The translations under genes were made by a program, and so were the position numbers. A stretch of DNA of 63,957 nucleotides, filler included, from Trichomonas gallinae (Eukaryota): assembly GCA_008369845.1 (NCBI GenBank). It is 7 parts of 7 records of this genome, joined end to end, with 100 filler letters (N's around TTAATTAATTAA, not from the genome) between each part and the next. Parts side by side here need not be neighbours in the genome. Positions count along the whole stretch, not along the records: positions 44,869 to 54,387 come from MRSU01000811.1; positions 54,488 to 61,512 come from MRSU01000812.1; 5 more parts are not named here. The stretch is one strand, 5' to 3'. Within the stretch, counting starts at the first letter, position 1. Every line of letters begins with the position of its first letter. The notes below the pieces were generated by a model. It made no database searches. It was not told the DNA's origin and worked only from the letters and a program-made list of their open reading frames with translations. Of this stretch, positions 45,951 through 56,818 are shown piece by piece.

Positions 45951-47789
45951 TTATTTTCTGCCTTTCCTTCCCTTTGATGACGGTGGTTGTGGGTCTTCAG
46001 TCATCGTCTCAATGTCAGCAACTTCATCGACAGCTTGGACGCCGGCTTCTGTCTTTTCTCTCACGAGGATAGAGTTCGAACAAAAGTTGAGTTTGCCGAT
46101 CGAATAAACCGTATCTTTCTCGAATCCGCCGAGATTGTCAGACAATATCTGTTTGAGATTGGTAATGACACTGTCAGCCATTTTGTGTATTTTGTCCCTA
46201 GCATACAATCTGCCGCTCAACTCCGCGTTTGTGCTCAAAGCGCACAAAAGCTCAGTCTTAGTAGATAGGAATCTTCTTTTGGCTTCCTTCTGATCACTGC
46301 GGCCCAGAGATTGAGCGTGACTCTCAACAATCTTATCGAGCTTGTCTGAGCTTCTCGAATTGCCGAGAGTCTTTCTCGTCTTCCTTCTCCTGGGCTTTGG
46401 CTCTGGATTTTGTTCTGGTGGAGGGGCAACAACTTTTGGCTTGAGTTTCTCGTCATTGGCGAGAACTGCGATTTCGCTAGAAAGTTTCCTGGAGACGTCA
46501 TCATTGGGGCCGTTGATCATAGAGAAACCAACTTCACTGTTGATTGCTGATAAACTGTTCATGACAGTTTTATTGCGATTCATTGCTTCGATGAGTTTAG
46601 AATGTTCTGCAACGAGATCATTATATCTCTGCATTTCGTAATCAAACAAGGCACGTTCTTTAACAATTTCTAGGTTCACCTTTTGAATATCCAATGAAAT
46701 CTTATTCGCACTCTCATTTCTAACGTCAATCTGGCGTTGAAGGTCAGATATCTTTTTAATGAACCTATTATAATCATCTATTGTTTTAACACTCTTCTCA
46801 AGTCCATCAGATGTGAATTGAATATTTGATAACTCTAAAATTTGAGATCTCAGCTCTGATAAATTGGCCTTTTCTTCTTCAATATTAGCATTAACATCTT
46901 CAATTTCTTCTTTAATATATTCTTGCTTAATATGTGAAACAAAATTACTATCATTGCTAATTTCATCGAATGAGACCATATTTTGCGGAGTATACGAATA
47001 GAAACCATTCCTACTAAATTTATATAACGCTCTATGATTGATATCAATCATTTTTTGATATGTGTGAATTAAATTTCGCAAAGTAATAAGTGTAATATCT
47101 TTTGATAGACGTCTCTTTGAGAAAGGATCATCAATCATTTCAGCTTCCATTTTGACTAAACGCTCATTTTCTTCTAAAAGTAATTTATATTGACTAAAAG
47201 CATCAGTTCGTGTGTCATTCTTTCTTTTCTGTTCTAATTCTGTTTCTATGCTCTCCTGTATCTTATTTAATCTATTAGAATATGAATACACACACTCTTC
47301 CATTCTTTTGAATAAAAGATCCAAAAGAAGAAAGAATTTATCTGAATCAGTATTTTCAGATTCAAGTATCAAGTCAAGTTTCTCCGGAAAACTAACTTTC
47401 TGGTATTTTGAACGTAATTCTTCATATTCTTTAATATCTGCTATGATATCATCTACATTTTTATTCTCGAATATGATATCAGGAACTCTGTAAAATTCTG
47501 TTTCAATCATTAATTTGTCGTAATCTTTGACTTGTTTTTCGTATCTTTCTTTAAATTTTTGCAATATCTTTTCTTTTTCTGAATTTTCTAGCCAGGTGTT
47601 GATAATTTCTTGTTTCTGAGATTTCCATAGTAATATAATTTGCTTAATGATATCATTTTTTTCTTTTGGAGATGTTGTCGCCATTGCCTGCTCCAAAAAC
47701 GAAAAAATAGACTTAGGGGATGTTGATATAGGCTGAAGTGGTGGCAGTGGAGGCCGCGCTGATAAAGGCGCATGAAGGGTCATTGCCAT
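45951..47789 (-). CDS. Hypothetical coiled-coil protein with basic NLS-like segments
   Basis: 612-aa ORF with heptads, KPRRRKTRK and C-terminal KGRKGRK. Confidence 0.8.
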   Translation of the reverse strand: MAMTLHAPLSARPPLPPLQPISTSPKSIFSFLEQAMATTSPKEKNDIIKQIILLWKSQKQEIINTWLENSEKEKILQKFKERYEKQVKDYDKLMIETEFYRVPDIIFENKNVDDIIADIKEYEELRSKYQKVSFPEKLDLILESENTDSDKFFLLLDLLFKRMEECVYSYSNRLNKIQESIETELEQKRKNDTRTDAFSQYKLLLEENERLVKMEAEMIDDPFSKRRLSKDITLITLRNLIHTYQKMIDINHRALYKFSRNGFYSYTPQNMVSFDEISNDSNFVSHIKQEYIKEEIEDVNANIEEEKANLSELRSQILELSNIQFTSDGLEKSVKTIDDYNRFIKKISDLQRQIDVRNESANKISLDIQKVNLEIVKERALFDYEMQRYNDLVAEHSKLIEAMNRNKTVMNSLSAINSEVGFSMINGPNDDVSRKLSSEIAVLANDEKLKPKVVAPPPEQNPEPKPRRRKTRKTLGNSRSSDKLDKIVESHAQSLGRSDQKEAKRRFLSTKTELLCALSTNAELSGRLYARDKIHKMADSVITNLKQILSDNLGGFEKDTVYSIGKLNFCSNSILVREKTEAGVQAVDEVADIETMTEDPQPPSSKGRKGRK

Positions 47790-48282
47790 TTTTGATTTTT
47801 TAAAAATTTCAACGGATTTGATTTTTTTTTTTGCAATTTTACATTTAGCAAAATTCTATCTATAAATCAATTACAACCATCACACATAAGCTAAATTCAA
47901 AAGGATTCACTCATATTCCGATTTATATATTAAATTTTCAAATCCCCATATTCCTACTATGCTAATGCTTAGATATCATATATATAGATATTCTAATATA
48001 TGCCTGACTTTATATATTAGTGTGAGTTAAATTCATCTACAGCATCGAAATTATAATTACAAATTAATCTCTTCTAATTAAATATATCTTATTTTATTTA
48101 TTTGCAAGTAAAATGTCCATAGTTCATGACAATTTTGGTGTGATATTTTTTTCCAAAATTAATTTTGAAAACTTAAGTTATATATGTGGTAAGGACAAAT
48201 ATCTTCCAATAATGAAGCAAAAATGTTAAAGTTATCAAGAAAAAAATAACAAAAATATTTATAACATAAAAAAGAAAACAAA

Positions 48283-49698
48283 TTACATTTCTGGCTCTAT
48301 GATACGATCACATGACTCGTAAACTCTCATGCAAAGTATCAAGTTTGCAATGAGTCCGATGACAATGAATAATAATGCGATTGTTAGCAATGCTATACCA
48401 AAAGCACTCCAGTGGAGTTTTCTCGGCGGCGTCGAAGCTGTTGGCGTTGCCGTGCTAGTTGGATCAGGGGTAAACATAGCTGATGGTGTGAACATTGATG
48501 TGGGCGGGAAAGGAGATCTCGAAGGCGTTGGCGATCGAGATGGACTTGGCGATTGTGCAGGAGTTGTAGACGGAGTTTGTTCTGGTGACTGAGCTGGAGT
48601 TGAAGATGGTGTTTGTTCTGGTGACTGATTTGGAGTTGTTGGAGGAGTTTGTGTTGGAAATGGTGATGCACTTGGAGTAGGGTCTGCTGTTGGAATTGGG
48701 GTAGTAAATGCGGGTGTTGACGATGGTGTGGTATCTGGTGTAGTAGCTGGAGTTGATGATGGTGTATCAGATGGTGTTGATGATGGAGTCATCGAAGGTG
48801 TGTCTTCTGGTGTTAAATCAGGCGTTCTCATAGGAGTTTGGAAAGGAGTTCGAATTGGAGAAAATGTAGCTGATGGCGCCTTTAGAATTGTAGGCTGTTC
48901 TTCATCTGAGATCATGTTAATATCGTATTTCGGCCTGGAAATGTTAATATTTGCGTATTGATCTGTTGAATATAAATATATTGTTTCGATAGCAATGTTT
49001 GGACTATAAATATAGCAAGACATTGGCACTGATCCATTGCAATGCCTAAACATGAGAAAAATAAGATCTGTCTGTCCATTAAATGTTTGCACATAACAAC
49101 CTCCAGCGATACCAGTGGCTGTGCACTCGGAGAAGTTGATACGTCTAAGTCTAATGCTGGCATCCACTGTGTCTGCCAGATAGCAGAGGCCTCCTCCTCT
49201 ATTTCCAGCGGAACAATTCGCAAAAATGACCGAGTCAATGACAAAATTCACCGCCTCGGAAGCGTATATTCCTCCACCATCACCAGTTACCTGGCACAAA
49301 GTGACGTTGGAAGTAAAGACTTTAATATCCCAGCCTTCAGAATAAATGGCGCCACCGGAGCCTGAAAATGTAATAGAAGTAAAGTTACACCTAACACATT
49401 TGAAATTCGCAGTGAGAGATTGCCTTGCCGTAAATATTTGCCACCATATTGAATTATCGGTTGCTTCTGTTAATCTGACGATATTATCTGTAAATTTAGT
49501 AAATTGGGACTTATCAAGACGTATTTTATTTCCTGGATTTGAATATAGGAATGTATTTGCGAAATTTGATACCTTGCATCTGGACACAGTCAATTTAGAC
49601 TGTGAATACAGATATGGCTTCGTTATAAATGGTGATCTGTTCGCATATGTACTCAAGATAAGCCCAGTTAGAGTCGTGTTCGCCCTGGGCTTATTCAT
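48283..49698 (-). CDS. Pmp-like (GGAI-repeat beta-helix) type I membrane protein with Pro/Thr/Ser stalk
   Basis: GGAIY, GGGIY, GGGLC, GGCY with FxxC motifs; TP/SS repeats; single C-terminal TM. Confidence 0.85.
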   Translation of the reverse strand: MNKPRANTTLTGLILSTYANRSPFITKPYLYSQSKLTVSRCKVSNFANTFLYSNPGNKIRLDKSQFTKFTDNIVRLTEATDNSIWWQIFTARQSLTANFKCVRCNFTSITFSGSGGAIYSEGWDIKVFTSNVTLCQVTGDGGGIYASEAVNFVIDSVIFANCSAGNRGGGLCYLADTVDASIRLRRINFSECTATGIAGGCYVQTFNGQTDLIFLMFRHCNGSVPMSCYIYSPNIAIETIYLYSTDQYANINISRPKYDINMISDEEQPTILKAPSATFSPIRTPFQTPMRTPDLTPEDTPSMTPSSTPSDTPSSTPATTPDTTPSSTPAFTTPIPTADPTPSASPFPTQTPPTTPNQSPEQTPSSTPAQSPEQTPSTTPAQSPSPSRSPTPSRSPFPPTSMFTPSAMFTPDPTSTATPTASTPPRKLHWSAFGIALLTIALLFIVIGLIANLILCMRVYESCDRIIEPEM

Positions 49699-50197
49699 GA
49701 TTTAGAAATTTAAAACGTCACCTAAAAAATTTTATTTCATGGCATCAGTCTTTTGCTGATGAATCGCATGTATACATTGAAATATTAAGATTTGCCGTTA
49801 AAAATCCTCAAAATCTTCACTTTTTTTGAATTCTCGTTATTCAATTTTCCATATTCACGCTTAATCAATATAAAATATCAACTTTTTTCTCACAAATATG
49901 CTCAAAATTCAAGATTTGTTGAAGCAAATATTAGAGATATTTCGAACTAACCAAATGATTAGACTCAAACCCTAAAAACATGTACAATGGGATATATTGG
50001 ATATATATACAAAATGTAGTAATCCAGCTGCAGTAGGATTTTTTTTTTTTTTTTTAATTTTTTTTTTCGCAATCGATGTCAGTAATATGATGTTGTAAAG
50101 CATATTATCACATTACATATCAGTTATATGATGGATATTCCTCAATTATCAATGGTGATTCAATATTGATCAATGAATGGCAAATGATTTATCATAA

Positions 50198-50373
50198 TTT
50201 GACATGTAAACTATATTGTTATAGCGATTTTAGATTTTTTGTCTGTTATTTATCAAAATTTGACGTGTAAAATATTTTATTATAGCGAATTTTGAATATT
50301 TGACAATAATTTGATGTGTAAACTATTTTCTCATAATAAAGTTTGAATTATTGACGATGATTTGACGTGTAAA
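50198..50373. repeat. Four 51-61-bp spaced units with TTTGAY(A/G)TGTAAA core upstream of kinesin
   Basis: Cores at 50198, 50259, 50310 and 50361; the first two units also share TATAGCGA. Confidence 0.75.
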
Positions 50374-50427
50374 CTGAATTGTAAAATGAGTGAACGTTTG
50401 AAAAAAAAATGGTAAATTTTTATATAG

Positions 50428-52452
50428 ATGACTAGTAGCACTCGCGAATCAGTTAAAGTTGCTGTTCGCGTGAGACCACTAAGTTCGAAAGAAGTCAAAG
50501 AGGGATTTAGTACCATTGTTCGCATGGATAAAAAGCGCTCCAGCGTCTATGTGAAAAATCCTCAGGGCGAAGAACTTCAATATACATATGATTATGTTTA
50601 TCCAGATGACACAAAACAAGAAGAAATATACGAAAATACAGCTGCACCAATTGTCGCTGGTTGTTTAGAAGGATTTAATGGAACAATCTTTGCATACGGT
50701 CAAACAGGCACAGGAAAAACATATACAATGGATGGTACTGCAGAAGAGCCAGGCATTGTTCCTCGCGCATTCGAACATATTTACGATTTTGCAACGGCCA
50801 ACGCTGAAACTCACAAAGTTTCCGTTTCTGTTCAGTACGTCGAGCTCTACAACGAAGAAATTCGCGATCTTTTACTTTCATCGAAAGAAACTCCGGTTCC
50901 ATTAAAATTGCACGAACACCCGCAGAAAGGTTTCATTATCGATGGTGTCAAAAGCATGGTTGCTAATTCGTTCGAAGAGATCCTCAAAATACAGAAAGTC
51001 GGCTTCAAGCATAGGAAAACAAGGAAAACAGCGATGAACGATGAAAGTTCGCGTTCTCACTCAATCTTGACTCTTGTTATCGAAACATTAACAGAAATCG
51101 ATGGATCTCAGCACATTCGCCAGGGTAGACTGAACCTCGTAGATCTTGCAGGCTCAGAAAGAGTCAAAAAGACACAAGTCGAAGGAGATGGCCTTGTCGA
51201 AGCTGCATCTATCAACTATGCTTTGATGGTTCTTGGTAACTGTATCTCAGCATTAACAACAAAGACTTCCGGGAGAGTTCACATCCCATATCGTGATTCT
51301 GCCCTCACGAAAATCCTTCGTGATTCACTCGGTGGCAATGCTCGCACACTTATGATTGCTAACATCGGTCCAGCTGAGTACAATTTCGTAGAAACTATTT
51401 CAACATTAAGATATGCCGAGCGTGCTAAGAAGATCGAGAATAAACCATCAGTCAACATGGATCCAAAGGATGCTTTGCTTTTGGAATTGCAGCAGGAAAT
51501 GCAGAAACTCCAAGAGCAGGTAAAAGGCGGACCAATTAAGTTGTCGCCAGAACAACTGAAGATGATGGAGGAGCAGCTCGAAAACGAGCGCAAGAAGCTC
51601 TCAGAGAGCAATACACTTGAGGAGGCTGAGAAGGAGAAACTTAAGAAAGAACTCGAACACAAGAGAAGGAAGATCGACCGCGAGAAAGAAAAACTCGAAA
51701 AGCACCAGAAGAAGCTCGAAGAACTATCCAAGTATTTGGTCGGCGGCCAGACAAGCTTAGTCCAGAGAACGAAAGAGCAGGACGAGGAAATCCAGCGCGC
51801 TAAAGAGAACATGGCTAAACGCGCTGAAAAGCAGAAGGAAATTGAAGAAGAGCTCTCCAAGAAGAAGAAGCGTCAAAAAGAGATGATTGCTCAGTGCAAA
51901 GACTTGAATGAGAAAGTCAAAGTCGTTTCTCAAGTTCACAAAGAGATGTGCGAGAACTACAAGAACTTGGAGACCAAGCTTCCGCTAATACAGAAGCAGA
52001 TCGCTGAAGACAGGGAGCAGATGTCAGCCGAAATGGAAGGCCTTCAGAAGATGATACAGACTCTCACACTCGTCATCGACAATTTCATGCCGGAAGAGGA
52101 TGCAAACACGGCGAAGAGCAACTTTGTGTGGGATAAAGAGCAGAGGCAGTGGATTGCTAAAGAGAAGAAATCGAAGCAGGAGATTCTCGATATTCTGACA
52201 AGCATGAAGCGTCCGAAGTCAGCTAATGGTTTGCCAAGGCCGACATTCATATCCGGTGGAAAGAAGCTGTGGCAGCAGCCTGAGCATGATGAGATACAAG
52301 TCTTGAATTTGGAGCCTGCTCCAATTGAGAATTTCGTCAAAAACGGTCCACCGCTCGTAGATCTTGACTTCTACGAAGAAGAGATTGAAAAAGAGTTCGC
52401 TAAGGATGATGAAGCTGATTTAGAGGTTCAAATACCAAGTGTTTATGATTAA
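50428..52452 (+). CDS. Kinesin-2 (KIF3-like) motor protein
   Basis: FAYGQTGTGKTYTM, NDESSRSH, LNLVDLAGSER, HIPYRDS, RAKKIENKPSVNMDPKDALL neck typical of kinesin-2, coiled-coil stalk. Confidence 0.93.
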   Translation: MTSSTRESVKVAVRVRPLSSKEVKEGFSTIVRMDKKRSSVYVKNPQGEELQYTYDYVYPDDTKQEEIYENTAAPIVAGCLEGFNGTIFAYGQTGTGKTYTMDGTAEEPGIVPRAFEHIYDFATANAETHKVSVSVQYVELYNEEIRDLLLSSKETPVPLKLHEHPQKGFIIDGVKSMVANSFEEILKIQKVGFKHRKTRKTAMNDESSRSHSILTLVIETLTEIDGSQHIRQGRLNLVDLAGSERVKKTQVEGDGLVEAASINYALMVLGNCISALTTKTSGRVHIPYRDSALTKILRDSLGGNARTLMIANIGPAEYNFVETISTLRYAERAKKIENKPSVNMDPKDALLLELQQEMQKLQEQVKGGPIKLSPEQLKMMEEQLENERKKLSESNTLEEAEKEKLKKELEHKRRKIDREKEKLEKHQKKLEELSKYLVGGQTSLVQRTKEQDEEIQRAKENMAKRAEKQKEIEEELSKKKKRQKEMIAQCKDLNEKVKVVSQVHKEMCENYKNLETKLPLIQKQIAEDREQMSAEMEGLQKMIQTLTLVIDNFMPEEDANTAKSNFVWDKEQRQWIAKEKKSKQEILDILTSMKRPKSANGLPRPTFISGGKKLWQQPEHDEIQVLNLEPAPIENFVKNGPPLVDLDFYEEEIEKEFAKDDEADLEVQIPSVYD

Positions 52453-52877
52453 AATTTAAAAATCTTTATATACTAGAATTAGTCTGGGTACAAAAACATA
52501 TAGTTATCATGAAAGTATCATTAAAAACAGGAATTTAATATACATATTCATGTTTTTATTATGGAACTATATGTTTACATTATGAAACTATATTCATTGG
52601 GAAAATCAATGATTTTTACAAAAGATTTTAATGTATTATACCAACTGTATAGACAATGTTTTTCCCACTCAGCTCTATTATACCAAATGCAATTCCTCTA
52701 AAACAGGATCACTATACGAGGTCTATATAATTATTGTATTCAACACAGGAAAATAAAAAATTATACCTGATATTCATCCCTTGTTAATTATTTCAGCCCC
52801 TCAATAAAATTGACAAGTTTTGACTCATTCAAATATTTCTATACTCTATCAAATTTGTCACTTTTTTATAAAATATC

Positions 52878-54137
52878 ATGCCAATTAATTTAACTCTTCA
52901 TCATTTAACATTAACCAGCATGATAAATAGATCCCCTTATATCACACAGACAACACATCGAAGTATAACACTGAAATCTATATTTGCGCAAAAATTAACA
53001 AACAATTTTCTTTACGGAAAGGCAAATGCATTCAAAATGACAATCACAAACTCGAAATTTACTCATTCGCTAAATTCTGTTATTAAACTCGATAAAGGAG
53101 AATATCGTGATCAATATTATAAAGATAAACAGGTTTTTCATGATGATCAGATTCTTTATAATTGTGTTTTCGAGTACTGCGAGTCAGATAAGGGCGCCGC
53201 AATTCAAGCTGACCAAGAAACAATCAGATTGAGTATTGATTATTGTTTATTCCGTAACTGCTTCGCCAACCATGTCGGCGGTGCTATTATGCTGCGTTCA
53301 AATGGTCTTGTCCTCAAGAGCTCATGCTTCCATAATTGCACATGCCAACTTTTCGGACAAGCAATCCATTTACTAGGCAATGGATATGAAGATGTCGATC
53401 CAGAAATAGTCAACGAGACCGTATTTTTCAGATGCTCATATGAGGATTTCCATGTTCGAAGAAATGCGGGTGCATTTTATACAATGAACGCTCTTACAGA
53501 TTTACAGCGTAATAATTTTAGCCGCTGCGTTTCTATAAGGAATGGAGCTGGTGTTACTGCATTTATGACATTAACTAACATTCATTATACAAATTTCGCC
53601 GAAAACTCTGGTACAATGACAATCGATATGAATCATGTAACAAAATTGGCAACAATTGACTCATGTAACTTTGTTTCCAACATGGCTACAAATAATTTAA
53701 GACAACCAATTATATCTTGTTGCTCAGTCACAACTGTCAGCCAATGTTATATCGAGAAAAACACTAAACCGTTTATTGACAGATCTACTGGACCGCCATA
53801 TCAAATTACACTTTATAAATGTATTTATGATTCTCTTGGTCCAAGTCCAACAACTGAAATCACAGTACAGGCATGTGTGAACCTCGGTGTTAATGATCAT
53901 CCGCTAACAATATCTTTCTTTTATCCAAATCATTGCATTGTTAAACCAAAATATCAGGCATTTGATGGTTTCTCACCTCTTTTAGTTATACTAATATCGT
54001 TTGGTATAATTGGTGTACATCTTATGTTTATTCATCCTCTATTCTTATACGGAGTCTTTTCCAAGCTTATTTCCGGTGATGAGACCCAGCGTAGACGTCG
54101 TAGACTTGCTAAGAAGCGTTTTGAAAATGATGATTAA
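52878..54137 (+). CDS. Pmp-like/right-handed beta-helix membrane protein with C-terminal TM and basic tail
   Basis: GAAI, GGAI, GQAI, AGAF and GAGV with FxxC repeats; TM followed by RRRRR. Confidence 0.8.
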   Translation: MPINLTLHHLTLTSMINRSPYITQTTHRSITLKSIFAQKLTNNFLYGKANAFKMTITNSKFTHSLNSVIKLDKGEYRDQYYKDKQVFHDDQILYNCVFEYCESDKGAAIQADQETIRLSIDYCLFRNCFANHVGGAIMLRSNGLVLKSSCFHNCTCQLFGQAIHLLGNGYEDVDPEIVNETVFFRCSYEDFHVRRNAGAFYTMNALTDLQRNNFSRCVSIRNGAGVTAFMTLTNIHYTNFAENSGTMTIDMNHVTKLATIDSCNFVSNMATNNLRQPIISCCSVTTVSQCYIEKNTKPFIDRSTGPPYQITLYKCIYDSLGPSPTTEITVQACVNLGVNDHPLTISFFYPNHCIVKPKYQAFDGFSPLLVILISFGIIGVHLMFIHPLFLYGVFSKLISGDETQRRRRRLAKKRFENDD

Positions 54138-54387
54138 GTCTATTGCTTTGAATTTTTATATTATTATTATTTTGTGCGAATAAATAATTTTTATTGTCGT
54201 TATCGACTGTGTTCCTTAAATACATCAATATGATCCTTCAATGAATACTTTTTATCATGTGATTAAAAATTTATCAAGAATTTCTGGAAAATGTGAGTTT
54301 AAAGCCAAACTATCATTATAAAGAAATTCTTATTTTATTGCATTCATGATGGCTACTATGTACGCTATTATAATATAACATTGTTCA

Positions 54388-54487
54388 NNNNNNNNNNNNN
54401 NNNNNNNNNNNNNNNNNNNNNNNNNNNNNNNTTAATTAATTAANNNNNNNNNNNNNNNNNNNNNNNNNNNNNNNNNNNNNNNNNNNN
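54388..54487. other. Artificial contig linker
   Basis: 44 N + TTAATTAATTAA + 44 N. Confidence 0.99.
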
Positions 54488-54703
54488 CTCCCATTCCAGC
54501 GTCTCGTCAGAGAAATCGCTTCCGGCTTCCGTGGTGATCTTCGTTTCCAGTCCTCCGCTATCGCTGCCCTCCAGGAAGCTTCTGAGGCTTACCTTGTCGG
54601 CCTCTTCGAGGATACAAACCTTTGCGCTATCCACGCTAACCGTGTCACAATCATGGAGCGTGATGTCCAGCTTGCTCAGCGTATCCGCGGCGAGCGCAAC
54701 TAA
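54488..54703 (+). CDS. H3: Histone H3, 3' part (5' lost in gap)
   Basis: [71 protein letters not shown]. Confidence 0.98.
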   Translation, partial: LPFQRLVREIASGFRGDLRFQSSAIAALQEASEAYLVGLFEDTNLCAIHANRVTIMERDVQLAQRIRGERN

Positions 54704-55106
54704 ATAAAGGTACCTATGTTTTCTCACATACTTTTTATTTACTTATTTACAAATAAAATCAAAATATATCCTATATCTAATAGTTTTATATTATTTATTC
54801 AGCCCTTGTCACTAATTCTTTGTAAGGAGTTGATTGGTTACAGTTTGAAAAACTTTGATTTTTGAATTTCAAAAAATTGTATAGTAAAAAATGTCTAAAT
54901 TTTAATTAAAATCTTGATTTTCGCCAAAAAATCGAATTTTAAAACCATTCTAAATTGACAAAACGGCTCTGTAATAGGATTTACTTCCATTAGTCAATAT
55001 GATAATGCGATAAAATCAATATATTCTCGATTCTTTTTTAAAAATTTCAGATAATTTCGATCGAAAAATATCTAATTTATTTAACCGATAACCGTACTTT
55101 ATGAGT

Positions 55107-55994
55107 TTATTTTGGAATTACATCCTTAAGTAATGGGTGGTCTCTGTGAGCATAAGATCCCTGAGCACCGATAGCTGTGACTGAAATAGAAGCACACTTG
55201 CATGCAATACGAGCAGCATCCTCATAGGAGCATCCTTTGGAGAGGCAGTAAGCAAAAGATCCGAGGAATGAATCGCCAGCGCCTGTTGTGTCGACTGGTG
55301 TGACCTTTGGTGATGGAACACTGATTGGAGAGACAGACTTCTGGTAAACTGTCGCACCCTCTGGGCCCTTTGTGCAGACAACAACTTCAACACCGATATT
55401 GAAGAAATCATCAACGCTTCCGAATGTTTTGAGCTCGAGTTCGTTGAGGATAACGATAGAAACATCCTTGAAGAGGTTGATGTCCTTCTTCTCTGGAAGT
55501 GGGGAGACATTCAAGATTGTCTTGGCACCGCCTTCGCGTGCGAGCTTGAGAACTTCCATAGCCGTTGGGATTGGAATTTCGAAGTTAGTGACGACATATT
55601 TGCTGCTCGCAAGCTTCTCCTTCATCTGATGAACCATATCAATTGTGACTGGATTTGGATGAATGATGATAGCCGATTCGCCTCCATCGAGGACGAAGCA
55701 AATGGCGCAGCCTGTTGGGATATCCTTGACAACTTGGACGAATTCTGTCGAGATTCCGATTTCCTTGAAGTGGTTGAGCATAACCTGGCCATCGGAGTCT
55801 TCACCAACTGCTGTAAGGAGGTTTGGCTTGTGATTTTCATCGGATAAAAAGGCAAATTGCGCGCATGCGTTTGGTGCCTTTCCGCCAAAGCCGTGTCCAA
55901 GCTTGATTCCGTGGATTGTCTCGCCAAGGTTAGGAAGCCTGTGGCACTGTGAGATCAAGTCCATGTTGCATATACCGACAAAGGTAGTAGCCAT
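55107..55994 (-). CDS. RBKS: Ribokinase (PfkB family)
   Basis: VGICNMDL, GGKAPNAC, AVGEDSDG, LNELE, TKGPEG, VDTTGAGDSF. Confidence 0.92.
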   Translation of the reverse strand: MATTFVGICNMDLISQCHRLPNLGETIHGIKLGHGFGGKAPNACAQFAFLSDENHKPNLLTAVGEDSDGQVMLNHFKEIGISTEFVQVVKDIPTGCAICFVLDGGESAIIIHPNPVTIDMVHQMKEKLASSKYVVTNFEIPIPTAMEVLKLAREGGAKTILNVSPLPEKKDINLFKDVSIVILNELELKTFGSVDDFFNIGVEVVVCTKGPEGATVYQKSVSPISVPSPKVTPVDTTGAGDSFLGSFAYCLSKGCSYEDAARIACKCASISVTAIGAQGSYAHRDHPLLKDVIPK

Positions 55995-56156
55995 GCTTTT
56001 TTTTTAATGATTTCACGGGTGAATTCAATTAAAATCTGTCAAACATTCAATTTTTTAATCGTTTCCGATAAACAATTAAACTGCGGCAATAATCACAAAA
56101 ATCAAAAACAGACCAATTCTCAATTTTTTTTCGAAAAACACAGTGTAATCAGATAT

Positions 56157-56510
56157 TTTTGAGATTTGTAATCAATGTTAATGGGTACTACTAATGCCTT
56201 ATATTTCACCACATGAGCCTAATAGTAGATATGCTGCCCGAAAAACCCAATATTAACACTGTCCACAATGATCTTATTTATGGATAAAACTATAAAGTTG
56301 TCAAGTAAATATTTTACATGACAAACACTATTTTTTCCTGAAAAACTCTATGTAATTAGTTATTTCTGAGATTTGTAATCAAGGCTAATGGATGCTACAG
56401 ATACCATATATTTCACCATATGAGGCTAATAATATATATATGCTTAATGAAAAACTCCTTATAATCTATGAAAAAACTATTTTGTCAAGTAAATATTTTA
56501 CATGACAACT
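56157..56510. repeat. Diverged tandem duplication (two ~150-175-bp copies) upstream of ribokinase
   Basis: TGAGATTTGTAATCAA..TATATTTCACCA..ATGAG..TTGTCAAGTAAATATTTTACATGACAA occurs twice. Confidence 0.85.
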
Positions 56511-56818
56511 GATATTCGACCAAAAACATTCAACTTACCGAATTATATTGGCTAGGAAAATACAAATTCTATTAAATTAGTTCGCTTTTGACAGTATTTA
56601 AAATTTTCAATATATCTTGAGTTGATAATACTTAATCAAGATTGAAATCATACATTATCTACTTAAATTTTAAATGTTTTGCCATGAGAAATCAGATGTT
56701 TCCATATCAAATTCACAAAATATTTTATTTATTATATGAAATTATAGTAAATATGATAGAATAGTAGCCTTGATGATAGATTTTTGTTTTTTGGTTCCAA
56801 AGATTTATTTTTAAACAT

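Noticed and set aside
54440..54727. 95-aa minus-strand ORF, and the many short antisense or overlapping ORFs inside RPC2, BspA, kinesin etc.
   Set aside because: Shadow ORFs of codon-biased genes; this one is the antisense of histone H3
20630..55994. Apparent salvage cluster (nucleoside phosphorylase, HAD phosphatase, trehalase, ribokinase)
   Set aside because: Spread over 35 kb and three contigs with unrelated genes between them; no operon-like linkage
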